Below, in pieces: positions 1 through 14,182 of a stretch of DNA of 64,000 nt; the first letter of the stretch is position 1, and every line of letters begins with the position of its first letter. The notes beneath the pieces are model-generated. The model was given only the letters and a program-made list of their open reading frames with translations, did not search any database and was not told the DNA's origin. This DNA comes from Trichinella spiralis. Taxonomy: Eukaryota. The stretch spans positions 6,616,428 through 6,680,427 of the forward strand of contig NW_003526941.1 in NCBI RefSeq assembly GCF_000181795.1, read 5' to 3'. Both the position numbers and the translations under genes were made by a program.

Positions 1-3000
1 AAAAGACAACAAACGAACGAACGAAAAGATCTATGTGTAACATTAAACAACAACAACAACAACCAACAAACAAACACTAACATCATCATTATTGTCATGC
101 AACTGTTTTGGTACAAGCCACAGCTGATCGTTGTGTGAGATGCGAACCTGATTGGAACAAGTGCCTGAATCACGTACACATAGACTATCTTCCAGGCACC
201 AATCACAATGCCAGCGGCTTTGCACACAGGCAGTGCAACTAAAATGATAAAGAAGAAAGGAAAAATTAATAATAAAAATAAAATCAATGGTAACTGTCGT
301 ATTACAGTTTATGGAATGAGCAGTCGTAAAAAGTGAATGTAGTTTGCAAAATTGCTCGCTGTGATCTGCTCGACCAAACTTTCAAAGGCACTGTAACGAA
401 ATCTATAATAATAGGAATATTGGATAAATATTTTGAAGAAAAATGAATAAATAAATATATATATGTAAATTGATCAACTAATTCTATAACCTCTGTTTAT
501 AGTGATTCGAGGTCGTTGTTCAGGTTTTGGAAGCTGGCAAAGCAACTTGTTCGGAGGTAAAAACTCAGCAGCCACGTGGGCATGCAAAAAGACACACTGA
601 TATTGGTCACCAAAAGCGGGTGGAGGTATAAAATTCAAGGTAAGGTGCACTTGCTACAACGATTGAGTAATAAATATAATTTTACAAGAGTATAATTGAA
701 GAAAACAATTATTTCTATTTCAAATTTAAATACTTTAACGGTTGAAGAAGTATCATGCAAAGAAACATTTGCAGGTTCAACCGATTCAACACGCGGGCAC
801 TGATTTGACTCGAGTCCTGCACTTATCAAAAAGCCATGCTGCTGTTTGTCACCAACGAAAGTACATTCTTCTTTCAACACGCATCTGCAATTAAGAGAAA
901 CAACGTTCATGGCAAAGTTTAAACTTTTTGAAGACCCAAGAAATTTACTTATTTTCCAAAGTACACCAGCCACAGTAAGGATCGCCCGAAGCAACACAGC
1001 TCGAACAATTCGAATAGGAAGAACAAGATTGCAGACGTACTTTAAGCACCTGAAATGTGGAACATGAAACACATGTCATGAATCATCAGGTATTTATTGT
1101 ACTTTATAAAAATATGCTAAATTGATAACCAACTTATTATTTGTAAAATATACATTGAAGAAATAATTTTCAAAAGAACAGAATTAATTAATCGAGTTGA
1201 AATGAAATTTTTCATTCAATTTGTTAAGCGAAAGAAAAAATGTCTTTTTTTAGACAACTGGATCACTTCATTTACTACGAATGGTTGACAATGAATGATA
1301 AAAATGTCAAAAGCACTCTCGTGAAAATCACAGATGATGATATTTGCTCAATATATGAGAAAGTGGTTGTTGCAAAGTAGTCACCGTCGTTGGCTCTATA
1401 TTGAAATTTCAAGTCCTGCTCCAGGCCAGCAATTAGTAAATGTAAGTAGGAATTATATTTTCATTTTATTTCTTCTTTTCTTAATTTAAAATTGAAAACT
1501 GGCAAGTTTTCAATTTTACACGGTCGCGTGAGTTCGATTTTTCTCCATTTGAAATTGTTTTTCATCTCTTTTCACTATTATGGTTATCAGTATTATTATT
1601 ATTATTATTACATACAATTGGGAGAAAATTTAGGTTCAAGCGATGAAAAATAGGCAGAATAGGGGAAAAACGAATATTTTCCAAATTTGTATCTCCAATC
1701 TGATAGGAAAGATGCTTTTCTCTTCAAGCTCGGCGCAGTTGCACGACCAAATAATACAGCGAAACGGAAATAATGTAATTACGCGGCAGCATTCTTAAAA
1801 TAATTTTCCCGCAAATCCAATTTATAAATGCGCATTGCAAATATGCCGGGAACAATTTGCTCGCAAAAACAAGATAAATTCAATCGATAATCTGCTGTGC
1901 ATTTGACAGGAAAGATTTTTCTCATCTTGATTTCACTGTTGTTTATATAGGATATGTTTGATTGGGTATTTTAAAAAGAGCAAAATTTATTATTCAACTT
2001 ATTTTTCCTTGAGATTGATTATCCTTAAGAAATTTTCATAACCAATATATTTATTTATACAAAGTGTGTATGTGCTTGCTGGTGTGTCTCTGCATGTGTG
2101 TGCGTGTGTGTTATGTGGGTTGAAGTTTTCTGTCTGCTCTGATATTTTACGAGAAAACTATGGAAATTCTTACTTTGCTACTTTCTGTGGTCAAAGAAAA
2201 ATAACATAAACTTGACTTACCTCATCGTTGGTAAGAACGTAGACGTGTTGTCTAGAGGTGTCGAATTGCATGTCGGTCAACAGACCCGAATGACCACCGT
2301 CACTGGAGACGAGTAGCTCATCGTATTCATATGCTCTGCGTGTCGACTCCAACACCAGCTGCAATAGCAAAAAATAATTACAACTTTGTCAAGGAAGAAA
2401 AAAGTTGCATTTTTTCTACGCTTGAAAAAGAGTTATCTGAAAAGCAATTTGCTCAAGTTTAACAATTAATTAATATTGGGTGTTGTAAATGTGCTGTTAA
2501 TGCGGATGCTTTGCATCATCAATTCCATCTGGATCTAGAGTTATATACATTGAAACCATAACAACTAGCTTGCTAATTTCGACTTGTTCTGTTTTGTTCT
2601 CTCTACGGACGGAAAAGATGATGATGATGATAGTCGCGCTTAGAATCGATGCCATCATCCACCAAAGGCCAATTTCCATTGTAAATGCAATCGAGCGGAA
2701 AATCATCCTCGGACTGCTGCTTCGATGCACCTGGCATCTTGATGGCGCTTTTGTAAATATTTTCTTACTAATTCTAACAACCAATACTGACGTTGTCATT
2801 GTTGCTCGTATTGTAATTAGATCGTTTTTCACTAACGAAACGAACATTAATCGGCCCGCATGCTCGCTCGATAGCTTTGCGCTTGCCCAGTGTTCTTTCC
2901 TTTCTTCTTCTTATTCTTCTTCACCGTCCACTAACGAACCCCTTTGTCATACAATGACACTGTTTGAACGGCAGCAATGAACGGCACGGCGCCATTACCG

Positions 3001-4651
3001 ACATGCTCATAAATCATAGTGGCACCGTTTGGACATTGGCCGCGACCCACGACCCTTCATTTTTCACTCATTTTATCATTTAAAGCATGAACGACAGACG
3101 CGATTGCTAATTTTTCATCCTGACATGACCTCTCACATCAAGTGTTGAACAGCATCAACAAAAACTACAGGAGGAAATGAAAACAAAAGAAAAAAAGCTT
3201 GCTTTTGATGAAAATTACTTTTTTCAATTTTCCCTTCGATGTGCCGACAAAGAACACTGTACGTGCTTGATCGAGCACATCGACTGCAATAGATGTCAAC
3301 CTGGCGTCGTCGTAAACTATCGCTGCTATGCTTGTTGCGGGAATTGAGCCACCAACACGTATATGTTGGCACTGATCCTGATGAGCTTGTGTTGATGCTG
3401 CTAAGCCGGATACCTTCAACGAATAATAGAAGAAATATATGATGAAAATTTAAAAAGAAAAACAATAATAATAATAATGGTGTAGAAAATGAAAGGAATA
3501 TTGTATACATTATGACAACGTTGATTGAGACCAAATTGAGGTAAATTCCAAGTGCCAATTCCACTGTTGCAACGCTGGATATTGTACCAAAAGGCAGCTC
3601 TTATATCTTTCATTGGAAAAACACAAATGGCAGACTTGAGTGAACGATGTCCAGGGGCAGGATCGGGTGTTGAATCTTTTGTAAAAACGCCGACGAAAAA
3701 ATGGCGATCGGTTGTTTTAGCGGCAGCGATCACTTCGTTGCCGAGTTCACCGACGTGAAAAGCTTGCAGCACATTGTAATTGGCGTTGTCTGGACCCAAG
3801 CATTCGAGCGGCACTTCGGCGTAAGATTGAAATCGACGATCATTGGTACAAACTCGTAACAGTTTGGTTAAAAACGGTGCTCCAGTGTCAACAGATTTCG
3901 GCTGCACGGCTACCCAATAGGCGAAACCGTCGGCCGTAAACCCGCCTCTGTAGTGAACATGGAAATCTGACCTGTGATCACTTTGGATAATCATGGCCGA
4001 CTGGCCGGATATGTCGCCCGGATCCAAAAGATGCATCAGACGATCCGCGTTCAATGAACGACTGCTTACTGCCGGAAATCGATCCCTGTATGAATCGAAA
4101 GTAAACGTGGCGCCAACGTAGAGTACCGGCTCGTTGGCACTGGGTCCGGGTCCGACGAAAGCAACGGTCGAAGCGTCGGGCGAGTTTGCAGCCACCGGTG
4201 TCGAATGCGCATCATAAGCTTGGACTATTTTGCTAACGTCGTCCAGACGATGCGCTGAGCAGATACCTTGGAACAGCGTTCCACAGGCGATCAGTACCTT
4301 GTGTTCAGGGTGCACAACTAACAGCTGATTGTAATTGTCAGTTGGTGCTCGGGCGGTCGGCGCCGTACCTGGGGTCCATATACAATCACCGTTGTAATTG
4401 CAGTGGGGACTGTCTAAATCAGGTCCAGTGCGTACGCGGTGAAGTGAACGCAATTCAGGGTCCAACTGATGTAAGAAATTTTTCGCACCAATATACACTC
4501 GACCAGTTTGAGGGTCTACGGTCAAGTGTCTGAACAGTGACAAGCTTTCAGCTGAATCCCTGAATCGAGCTACCACTTTGGCAGTTGTTACGTCAACTGG
4601 CAACAACAATAATAATAATAACCAACTTGTAATCATAATCATCAATACCAT
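1..4651 (-). CDS. Plexin (semaphorin receptor), 5' part: signal peptide, Sema domain, PSI repeats; continues off the left edge
   Basis: ATG at 4651 followed by signal peptide MVLMIMITSWLLLLLLLPV. Sema motifs HLTVDPQTGRVYIGAKNFLHQL, DNYNQLL, LIACGTLFQGIC, PAVSSRSL, SYAEVPLEC. Inferred GT-AG exons 4651-3509, 3413-3219, 2358-2221, 1049-949 (PSI: CSSYSNCSSCVASGDPYCGWC), 884-~740, 653-491, 402-306, 238-~148 (second PSI: CTACVQSRWHCDWC). Plexin class not resolved. Confidence 0.93.
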
Positions 4652-7060
4652 TGTGGAGATTTTTTCTTCTTTTTGCCACTTCTCTCTATCTTTCCTCTTC
4701 AGAACATTAAACAACAACAACAACAATTTTACACTTCAACCGTTAGCACTTCTTTTCTTCGACAAGTTAGTTGGAACACATCTGAAATTTAGAAAAAAAA
4801 TAATTGTTTTTGAAAAATATCAATTAGTATATATGTATGATGGTTTGAAAACGGATCGTTGTCACGCGCGTGTGGATCGTTGCAATGCAATAGCGATCGA
4901 TCCAATAGCTCGTAATTGTAAAAAGGCAACAGATTAAGCGTTCGTCGGCAACAATTATTCATCGTCAGTAGAGGGAAATTGATTGCAATATAATGACAAA
5001 TAATAATAATAATAAATAACACATATCCACACTACACACAAATATGTGTGTATATATACATATAGATATATATATATAATGTGTGTATGCGTGTAAACTT
5101 GTACATTGCCTGTCATTTTAATGACATTCTATAAAATATGGTAACCAATAACAGACAGAAAATAAAAGTGAAAATGAAGAAAATTTTCAAATCAACAGTG
5201 ACAACATTTTATGTGAAAGATGCACTTTGGGAAAAGATCGTCGAGTAATAGTAATTCAGTTGGTAAGTGATCTGAAAATAACAACCTGGTCTTGGCGAGT
5301 GAAGAAGTAAAAAGTAATATACTCGGACACAGACAGACACGGAGACACACACTGAGAGTTGGCTATTTTCGATCGATGCAACAAGAGTCCGAAACTGCTT
5401 AGGAAGAAGAATAAGATGCCGCCGGCTGGCTGGTTGTCGATCTTAATGAACAAACAAATTTGGTTTACCAATCGAACAAGCTTTTCGGATGATAAAATTG
5501 GCAAAGAGATGGCAAAACAAAGAAAAAAGAAATTAAAATTATCATCATTGCAGTAAAAAAAATATGCTGCTTTTTATTCGATTGGAATGAACTAGAAGGA
5601 AAAAGAAGCGCACAGTGATAATAAAGAAGTAGCGGCAGCAGCACCGTCGAGCAGATGGGAAAGTGATTTGTCGTTTTGGCAATTAACGCCGGTGCATACA
5701 CACACAGCATTGGTCATGTTGCAATTGTTTCAATGAATGAATATATATGATTGGATTTTGGGTGTAACGAAATGTTCGAACTGAAATCATCGTCATCATC
5801 GTGTATATTGGTTTTCAGTTCAACAAGGCTTTGTTTAATAGTTAGTCATCAAATGATGATTAAAATAACGTAGAAAAATTCTACACGCAGTGAGTGATTC
5901 AGTACCAGAATACGTGAATGAAAAACAATTGGTCGACTTAGCTTATTCACGAACACACAGGCAAGAAAAAAAAGATATAGGTGATCATACTTTGTCTCTC
6001 GCTAACCGGCCGGTGTCCATCTATTTGGTGAAGTAACAAAAAGAAATAATTATTATTATAAGGGACGAAAAGGAGAAATGAGAAAAAAAATAGAAATGAC
6101 CACTAATGGCAGATGACCAGCGTGACAAGCCCTGGCGTCGATTGAGCAACACGCTGATGGTGTACTGACCGTGAGTGAGTAGCTTGCCCGTTCAAGCGTC
6201 CACGCGTCAACGCGTCTTGGACAAACAGAAATGTCCAAATGTTTTACCGACTGGCGCCAAAGAGAAAGGTCAACAGCGCTGACCACCGACGTGGACAGCG
6301 GAAGGGAAATGGTCAAAGAAGGAGAAGAAAGAAAATAGCGAACAAACAACAAAAAAACATTAAGCATAATTTTGGCCAACAGAAACGCTTATATATATAT
6401 ATGCAAACCACTTATGTGAAACGACAAGTGTCATCGTGCGTCAAAATTTTTTGACAATTTTAAAGTGCTGTCCGCGTTTCGTCTTGCCGCCAATGTTGAA
6501 ATATGAAATTATCACTGAATTTTTCCATTTCAAACTCAACCGGGTCGACATATGCAATTTTTCCACATTAAATTCTTACAATGACAAGGAAAATTTGACC
6601 CACTTTTATCAACACATACAAACAATGCACAACGCTTACTTTTAGCGTCAGGTGCATGCATCAATGCATGCATCATCAGCATCAATTGAAATGATTGACA
6701 AAGTGAAATAGAGAGAGAGAGAGAGCATGGGCCAGATGCTTATAGCGATTAACATGAATGATATCGTCTTTCCAATTTAACTATTAATACACATAAATAA
6801 CAACAACAATAGAAACAAACCGCTTGGTGCTTGCTTTCTTCTTCGTTTTCTTGTACATTTTGCTGAGAATTTACTTACTTGATAGAAATGAATGAATTTG
6901 AAAATTTCACTGCAAAAATGAAGAGTTGAGCGAACAAACAAAATTTCCAACCTCTTGACGTTGTTGAAATGACGATGACGAGACTGGGACGCTTTTTATT
7001 CTTTCTAAAAGCGAACTTTACTAACCAACCAGCGCCAGCTCTTTAGCCCTGGCTCTAGTC

Positions 7061-7085
7061 AGCTAGCTAGCTAGCTAGCTAGCTA
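7061..7085. repeat. (AGCT)n self-complementary microsatellite
   Basis: AGCTAGCTAGCTAGCTAGCTAGCTA. Confidence 0.9.
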
Positions 7086-10000
7086 ACTTGGCACGCCATT
7101 ATCAGCAATTTCACACACGCACACACACACAGACATACAACACAAACACAGGCACAATTTGAATAGTCCTATTTGGTAATTTATCTAAATTAAATATAAA
7201 AGTCGACGTCTCGTCATGTATTCGTTAACACTTTCAACATAATTTCTTACCATCTTGGTTGAAAAAGAAAAGGACAAGCAGTATAATCTGACGTTAGATT
7301 GCATTTTATACTTCTCCTCCTCTTTTCATAGAGTAGTAGCATCTTTCTTTGTCAACTTTGAAATTGGTATTTAATTTTCTTTTTCTACTTCTTGAAAATC
7401 TTTGAAACATCCACACTATTTATGTATATATACATACACACACACACACATATATATGTATATGTATACACTGAGTGAGAGAGAAAAGGGTTGTGAGGAA
7501 AGAGTGAATGGAAAAAGTGAAATTTGAGACGGCTATCCAGTTCACAAAGCCGATCGATCTTCTGCATGTGAAATTGTCGAATGTTATTATTTATTGCTCG
7601 TCGTTGTCGTTGTCGTCGGCGCGACGGAAATTAGCCGCTTGGCTTATCAATTGACCAATTGTTCAAGGTGGGTGGAGAACAACATAGCTTATATGTTTAT
7701 CCTTTTTCCAAAAATCCCCAATATTAAACAAAACCGTCGACATTAATTTTGTTTAAAAACATGTCAAATTTATTATTATTTTTGTCTTATTTTTTAAATG
7801 GTACTTGGATCTTTTTCAATCTGCTTAGCAATAAATAACAGACAGATTGTAATATTGAAAAATAAGATCTATGAAGATGATGATGATGCGCAACAGGCGA
7901 CATGACCTTGCTATATTTATATACGCGAACTCAGTAACTAATCCATGTATAAGAAGTAGAATCAAATGCTGACGAAAGGGAACGAACAAAGCTGACCGCG
8001 AGCAATGATAAATTGCTTATTTTTGAAGATGAACATGCTTGTCATCACTGTCAGTGTCGAGTGGACGCTCCGGGACGTCCGGGCGGGTGGTAAAAATTAG
8101 CCGGTCGATATGCTCTTTTACAATAAGCCAAGCCCAGTCAAAGCTGCAAGCCAACGCAAGCTTATTTACATTCAGCTAAGCTATAGCAGAGAACAAACAG
8201 CGCACAGTCACTTTCAAATTGCTGCATTTTAACCAAAATTTGCTTTACTTTCTTCATCGTGCATATAAATTAAATAGTATGGAAACGGTGAAAACGGCCT
8301 AGAACTACTAGCAGAGGCTACTTTCTTTTCTAAGTTAAAATGCTCAAGGTAAAACAAACTAATGCAATATTTACAATAGAGTGAACGGTTAAAATTGAAA
8401 ATCAATTTTAATAATATTTATGAAATGAAATGAGGATAGAATTTAGCTGGAAAATATTTCCACTTTGAGAATACATGTTCATTTCCACATGCACTAGCAT
8501 ACAAATATTGTTCCAAAGTGTTGAAGAAAATCAACTTTGTAGTCTCAGATATTATCTACTTTCAACTGAAGACTGATAAGTGATCTCAATAAATATCTAA
8601 AAACAAAGTTAAAAATAAGAATACAAATCAACGATTGAAATAAAATTTTGGAAAATTAATATTTCATCGATCCTAAAATTTCCCATGAAGATAATGATAA
8701 TAATAGCACGTCCACTTAATGAATGCTTCGTGAATTATTGTTTCTATGTATATAATTCATTCGTGCCAATTACAATGATTATTTTTGGTTAATTATTCGA
8801 TGAGGAGGATTGTTTGTATTTTCATAACAACTATTTTCTACACTGTTCTCAAGTTGATCTATTTTTATCAGTTCAATTATTTTTAATCTTATGAAAAATG
8901 AACATACCAAATGTTGGTGTTGAAAAGTATAAAACTGGATAGCCGCACTCTCATGAGGATTTATCCGCAGTAGTGAAAATGACCTTCCCTGAAGCAATAC
9001 CAATACACAGTTATTGTATTCCTCACTTTGAAGGGCAAGGTGACTGAAGAACACTATATGTTCAACCAACAGCTTTGCATGAGATTAATAATTTTCATCA
9101 AATGAACATTTATGATATGTGAAAGTGAAAGAGAAAAAAATTTTTTCAATTTGAAACTTGCCGATTTGGTGCGAAGAATCGAAATAAGCAAAAGATATTT
9201 TCTGACCTAGTGCAGAGAGAATGGAAATGCTCAAGCCACCTGCAGCTCTCACGGCGGGCAGAAACTAATTGCGCCGGTGGCGGCTAATCAGAATCCATTA
9301 AGAATAAAAGAGAAGGTTTGCGAAGAAACAAGCGAAGAGACGACCTGTGCATGTCGCTAATAACTGCTTACAATCGACCACATATTTAAAGATACGTCAT
9401 TTGCCATGCTGGATTGGGTCGATGGATATCGACCCGTAGATGTTGAAAATGTATACTTGCAAATGATTTTCTACATTGGAAATTTGAATTTTCTGCCAAC
9501 TAATCGGACGACAGACATGACACATCAGAACACTGACGACAACCCGTTAATTGGCGACACCTGGCTTGGCGACCTTGGCGTTGATGCAACGGTGGCGCCG
9601 AAACGCCCAGGCGTTAAGTCGCCGTGAGAGCTGAAAGCCTTTGCACAATGCATCGATTATAGCTGTCCCAGGGCAGGGGGTGGACGGCCAGTGTTTGCAA
9701 GTGGAGTGGAAAATTAATAAAAAAAACATTTACCATTTCGGTCAATGGCATGAAGATTGATAAAATAACCGCAAATTTACGCAACATCTATATTCATGAC
9801 AATTAATTGATACATATCCATATATCTGTGGAAGCTGAAGATTAAAAGCACCTGTACTGCTCAGAGGAATATATATAGTGTGTGTGTGTGTGTATGGAAA
9901 TGATGATACTTTGTGCTAAAATGAATAAGAAAGAAAATGCATTTTCTACTCATTGTTACTTGCTTTGCTTGTGATGATTTTTCATGGGTGGAAAATTTTT

Positions 10001-12500
10001 TTACCATCTGTACATCTCTGTTGGAGAACAATACGAACACTGGTGGTCACCAGCTATGGAACTATCTGTCATCAGATTGGATCGGATAGCCGACGCCGGG
10101 GCGGTTCGCAATTACACAATTGCGGGATGCCGACCGCAAGATGAAATTGGAAACCGACGTGGTTGATGAAAAAACGAGATAATCGCCAGGTTCGGGGCGA
10201 CGATTGCTAATTGGATCTGACGAGCCCAGCTTGTCGACCTGCACTGGCGCTTCTCCATTTACAAATTAATAACCATAACCGAACGGCGACGACACATGCT
10301 TGACTGGTAACGTTTGACAGCGTGAGACTGAAAAGAAAAAAAAAGCAAGCTATAGAGGTTTTTTTTCCATTTGTTGAACACTGTGAGTGAGAGGGAGAGT
10401 ATAAGAGAACACTTGAACATGCAATTAAGTGGTGTTTTTTCTTTTTCAAATTTACAACGACCCAACGTTCCGGTCTGATATTTTTTCCATACAATAATAC
10501 AATCATATATGTCTCTAACGTCGTACTCCAACAGGGCAAGGGGGGCAATTTTGAAAAATTGTTCTACAAAACTTTTTTTTTCACAAATTCAGGCCAAGTT
10601 CTTTTTTAAACGGCTCGTTCTAGACTCTGACGCCAACCAATTGCAGTAACACTGACTGTTTGCAAACCGTTTATATAGAAGGAGAGTTTTTGTCAGAAAC
10701 TGTCGGCTTACATCACAAGCAAACAAACATGAATAACTAACAATTTTCTACCTTTAGCACGCACAATTGTACAACTGGTGTACATGAATCGAATGATAAA
10801 TAAGAATAATAATGAAAAAAGTTATCGTCTTACTTGTCGCTTATTTGATGAAGGCTAAAAAATTATGATGTAAGGAAATACAACTAACTGTTCATCCATT
10901 TTCATCCACACGTAAGATGCGCACAAGTAGGAAATAGGGACAATTTTAAACTTCTCCGAGATAACTGAATGGTGTAATATATAATAATTAAGCTATACGT
11001 GCTCAGTGAACAAACACATAAAAAGAACGGATAATATTTTTATGCTATATTATCACTATTTATTATTATTATTATTATGATGATGAATTGAAAGTCAACT
11101 TTGGCGAGTCGTCACGGTTGACGAACTCTAGTGTATTCGCGTGAGAACAATAATAGCTGGCGTTGTTTTAAATAGCTTTCTTGCTTGATGAGAGAATGCC
11201 TACTAGTTGCAATGGGATGAAACAACTTATTCATCATTTGAAAATCATCGCGTTAAAGATGTTGCTATATGTTTTTTTTTCTTATTATTTTGCAATTACT
11301 CTCGTATTTCTTCTTACACTTGTATAAAATAAGATAATGGAAAAAAACTAACCTGATTTAATTGCTCTTTTTCAAAATATATACATATAATGCACAGTTT
11401 ATTGCTTTTTGTTACCTTCGGCCAATTTTGAAAATGTTCAATTTCATACAGACATCCATTCTATACATGCATCACATTGTTCGCGCAGCAAAGTGTACGT
11501 CAATTAGGCAAATGGCGTTCAATTGTAGTCAGCAATTACTACAACTTGAACGCAAGACCTCTTTGCACTATTTACAATTGAAAATGCTAAAGTTGTATAG
11601 AAATTATTATCCAACATCTGTTTGCAATGAACGTGTTGAAAATGTTTCTTATTTCTGCACCAATTGAAAAAGTTTTTTTTTAATACTCTGAAGAATAGTG
11701 GAAAAATAAGCTTACTTACCCAAGCTTGCAATTTGTTTTAATTAATTTGTGTAAAAGTATGCGATTTTTTATTTCCACTTATTAAGTTTGAGGATTTTTT
11801 CCCAATTTTGTCAGCCAATGATGGAAAATCGTGTCGGCGAATGATGTTTTTCAGTTCAATTTGTGCGCTATGTGACTGACTTTAAGGCAATCGATTGATC
11901 GCGAACTTCTTCTAACTTATTATTACAATTGAATTAAAAGTCCAAATGCAACATGTTTGAGTTGGAATTCAGGTAGCTCCTCAGGGAAAAAAGTCAGAAT
12001 CGTTTTGGAAAACCACAGTGTTGGCATTTGAAAATTAGTTTTAACCAGTCAGTCAGTCGTTCGTCAATTTGACAGAGTTTTCATCTAGACATCCAAACAT
12101 ATATATGTATATATATATAATAAACAACAACAGCACATATCTATATCATGTGTAGAAAAATATCAATGGTAAAGTGTCACTGATATGGATATATATATAT
12201 ATATGTGCGATGAATGGAATATGAGGTGTGTTTTTGTTTGTGAAAATTGCAGTCAAAATTTGGTGACGACCTTGGCTCGTGTTTCGTCGGTTTCCATTGC
12301 AGAACGGCGCCAAAATTGCCAGTCCAGTTAACAAATATAAACAAGCTGACCCGGACGTCAAGCGGTTCACACCACGCCCTCTCACATGCTGCATTGAAGC
12401 GCAACAGAGCAGCAAACGGGCCTCACCTGAGGTGTTAAATGCGCTTATGGAACGCGCTAACTGCTTTTGACATTCGACACCACAACTCAGCAAGGTCACG

Positions 12501-12516
12501 CGGCGCCCTCTGTTGG
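12501..12516 (-). promoter_or_regulatory. Candidate CTCF-type site
   Basis: Reverse complement CCAACAGAGGGCGCCG resembles the CTCF core CCASYAGRKGGCRS and lies in a locally GC-rich island. Confidence 0.35.
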
Positions 12517-13847
12517 TAAAGTATACTTGGGGTCATCGGAACCCGGCATATCCGCATGCTAAACATGCCGCGTGGATATATAATTAATTACCGGTGACCG
12601 GCTGTCGTTGCTTTTGCTCCACTCGGCAGGGGTACGGTACGAATGGGCGATGATGATTAGTTCCGAATTAACAGGAGATGAGCCTACTATTGTTCAAACG
12701 CTGATCAGAATAAAACGACGGGGTGCGACCGGTCGATTCGGCCGATTAGTTGTGCAAAAAAACTGACCAGCCCATCACACCTTGCAAAGCTGATAATTGT
12801 AATGCTTAAATGGCAACAGCGGCTAATGGTGGTTGTTTTCAAAGTAAAAAAAAGAAACATATGAAAAAGAGACCAAGAACAAAAAATATATCATCTATTC
12901 AACTACTTTCATGTTGTTTGCTTGATGCTCGATCGGCTATTCTGGTGCTGCTCGTTATTCATTCATTTATTTATTTGTTGATCGACGGATGTTTTTTTTA
13001 TGATGGATAGCTTAACAGGATAGTTGAAAAATAGATAATACCTTGGACGAGGATTTACAGAGAAATAAAAAATACATATCTTGAGAATGAGAAAGTGAAA
13101 AAGTCGATCGAAACGAAGCAGCTAACTCCAGTACGCTTTTTACTTTTGAAATTACCAGGAACCGGTGCTCAGAGTAACAGAAGGAACGGCGTTTTGTCAA
13201 ATTTGATTGATTTTGGCCTGATTTTATGAAACATTTCATGGCATCTGAGGTCTCATCAAGCAAGCATTTGCTTGTTCTACACAACACTGGACACATTTTA
13301 TAAGCAGATATTTTAAAAGCAAATTTTCAAGACATCTGTTGTTCATGCACCGTAAATCATTATCGTCAGAAAATTTAACCATTACATTTGTCAACAATAA
13401 AGTGGACAAATTATGCTTTTATTTAGGGTGGAAAGGATTTTTAAAAGATTTGTAATGTTTGTTAATTTTTTCCGATAATTTAAAGGTTGTTGATGAAATT
13501 GTACAGAAATATTTCTGACATTAACGGAATGACTGACTGACTGACTGACTGACTATTCTGAAAGTGATTATTTGAAAAAGGCAGGTTAAAAGTGTACATA
13601 AACTTGAGACAAAATCTCAGTCCTTTTCGTTCTATCGAAGAAAGTGGTGAGCATAGTTTGTTAAACGCGTAAGAAATTAAAAAAAAACAAAAAGGCAAAT
13701 GCTTACCATAATTGAATGCATAATGCATAGTTTTGCTCTGCTTTTCCGGTTAAACCATTGAATTCAGACACATGAATAAGCAGAATAGGGAGGGAGGGCA
13801 TTGCGTTACTGACTTTAAGTTTCTTCAAATCAGCCAGTGGTAGAGAC

Positions 13848-13896
13848 TGTTGTTGTTGTTGTTGTTGCTGTTGTGGTGGTGGTGGTGGTGGTGGTG
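13848..13896. repeat. Compound microsatellite (TGT)n(GGT)n
   Basis: Direct reading. Confidence 0.9.
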
Positions 13897-14144
13897 TCCA
13901 TTTTCCCATATATACAAAAATGAGTGAATGTTTGCTGTTGGTCTGTTGGCTTGATCTCTAGTCGATGCGATTGAAGTTGGCAATGGGAAACAGGGCCAAA
14001 AGGTTAAGCAAAGTTAGGTTTGCACAGAAAAGCATCTTCTGCATGTTTACTTTAGCTGACTTTGCAGTCTGACCGTCTCCCCATGTTATCTGTCTCTCAT
14101 CAATTTGACAAACGAAATGACGTCTGCTGTGAACAGTGGTGCAT

Positions 14145-14146
<2 letters not shown>

Positions 14147-14179
<33 letters not shown>
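14147..14179. repeat. (AG)n microsatellite
   Basis: Direct reading. Confidence 0.95.

Positions 14180-14182
<3 letters not shown>

Noticed and set aside
13703..13909. PolyP/polyQ ORF
   Set aside because: Translation of a microsatellite with no supporting exon structure.
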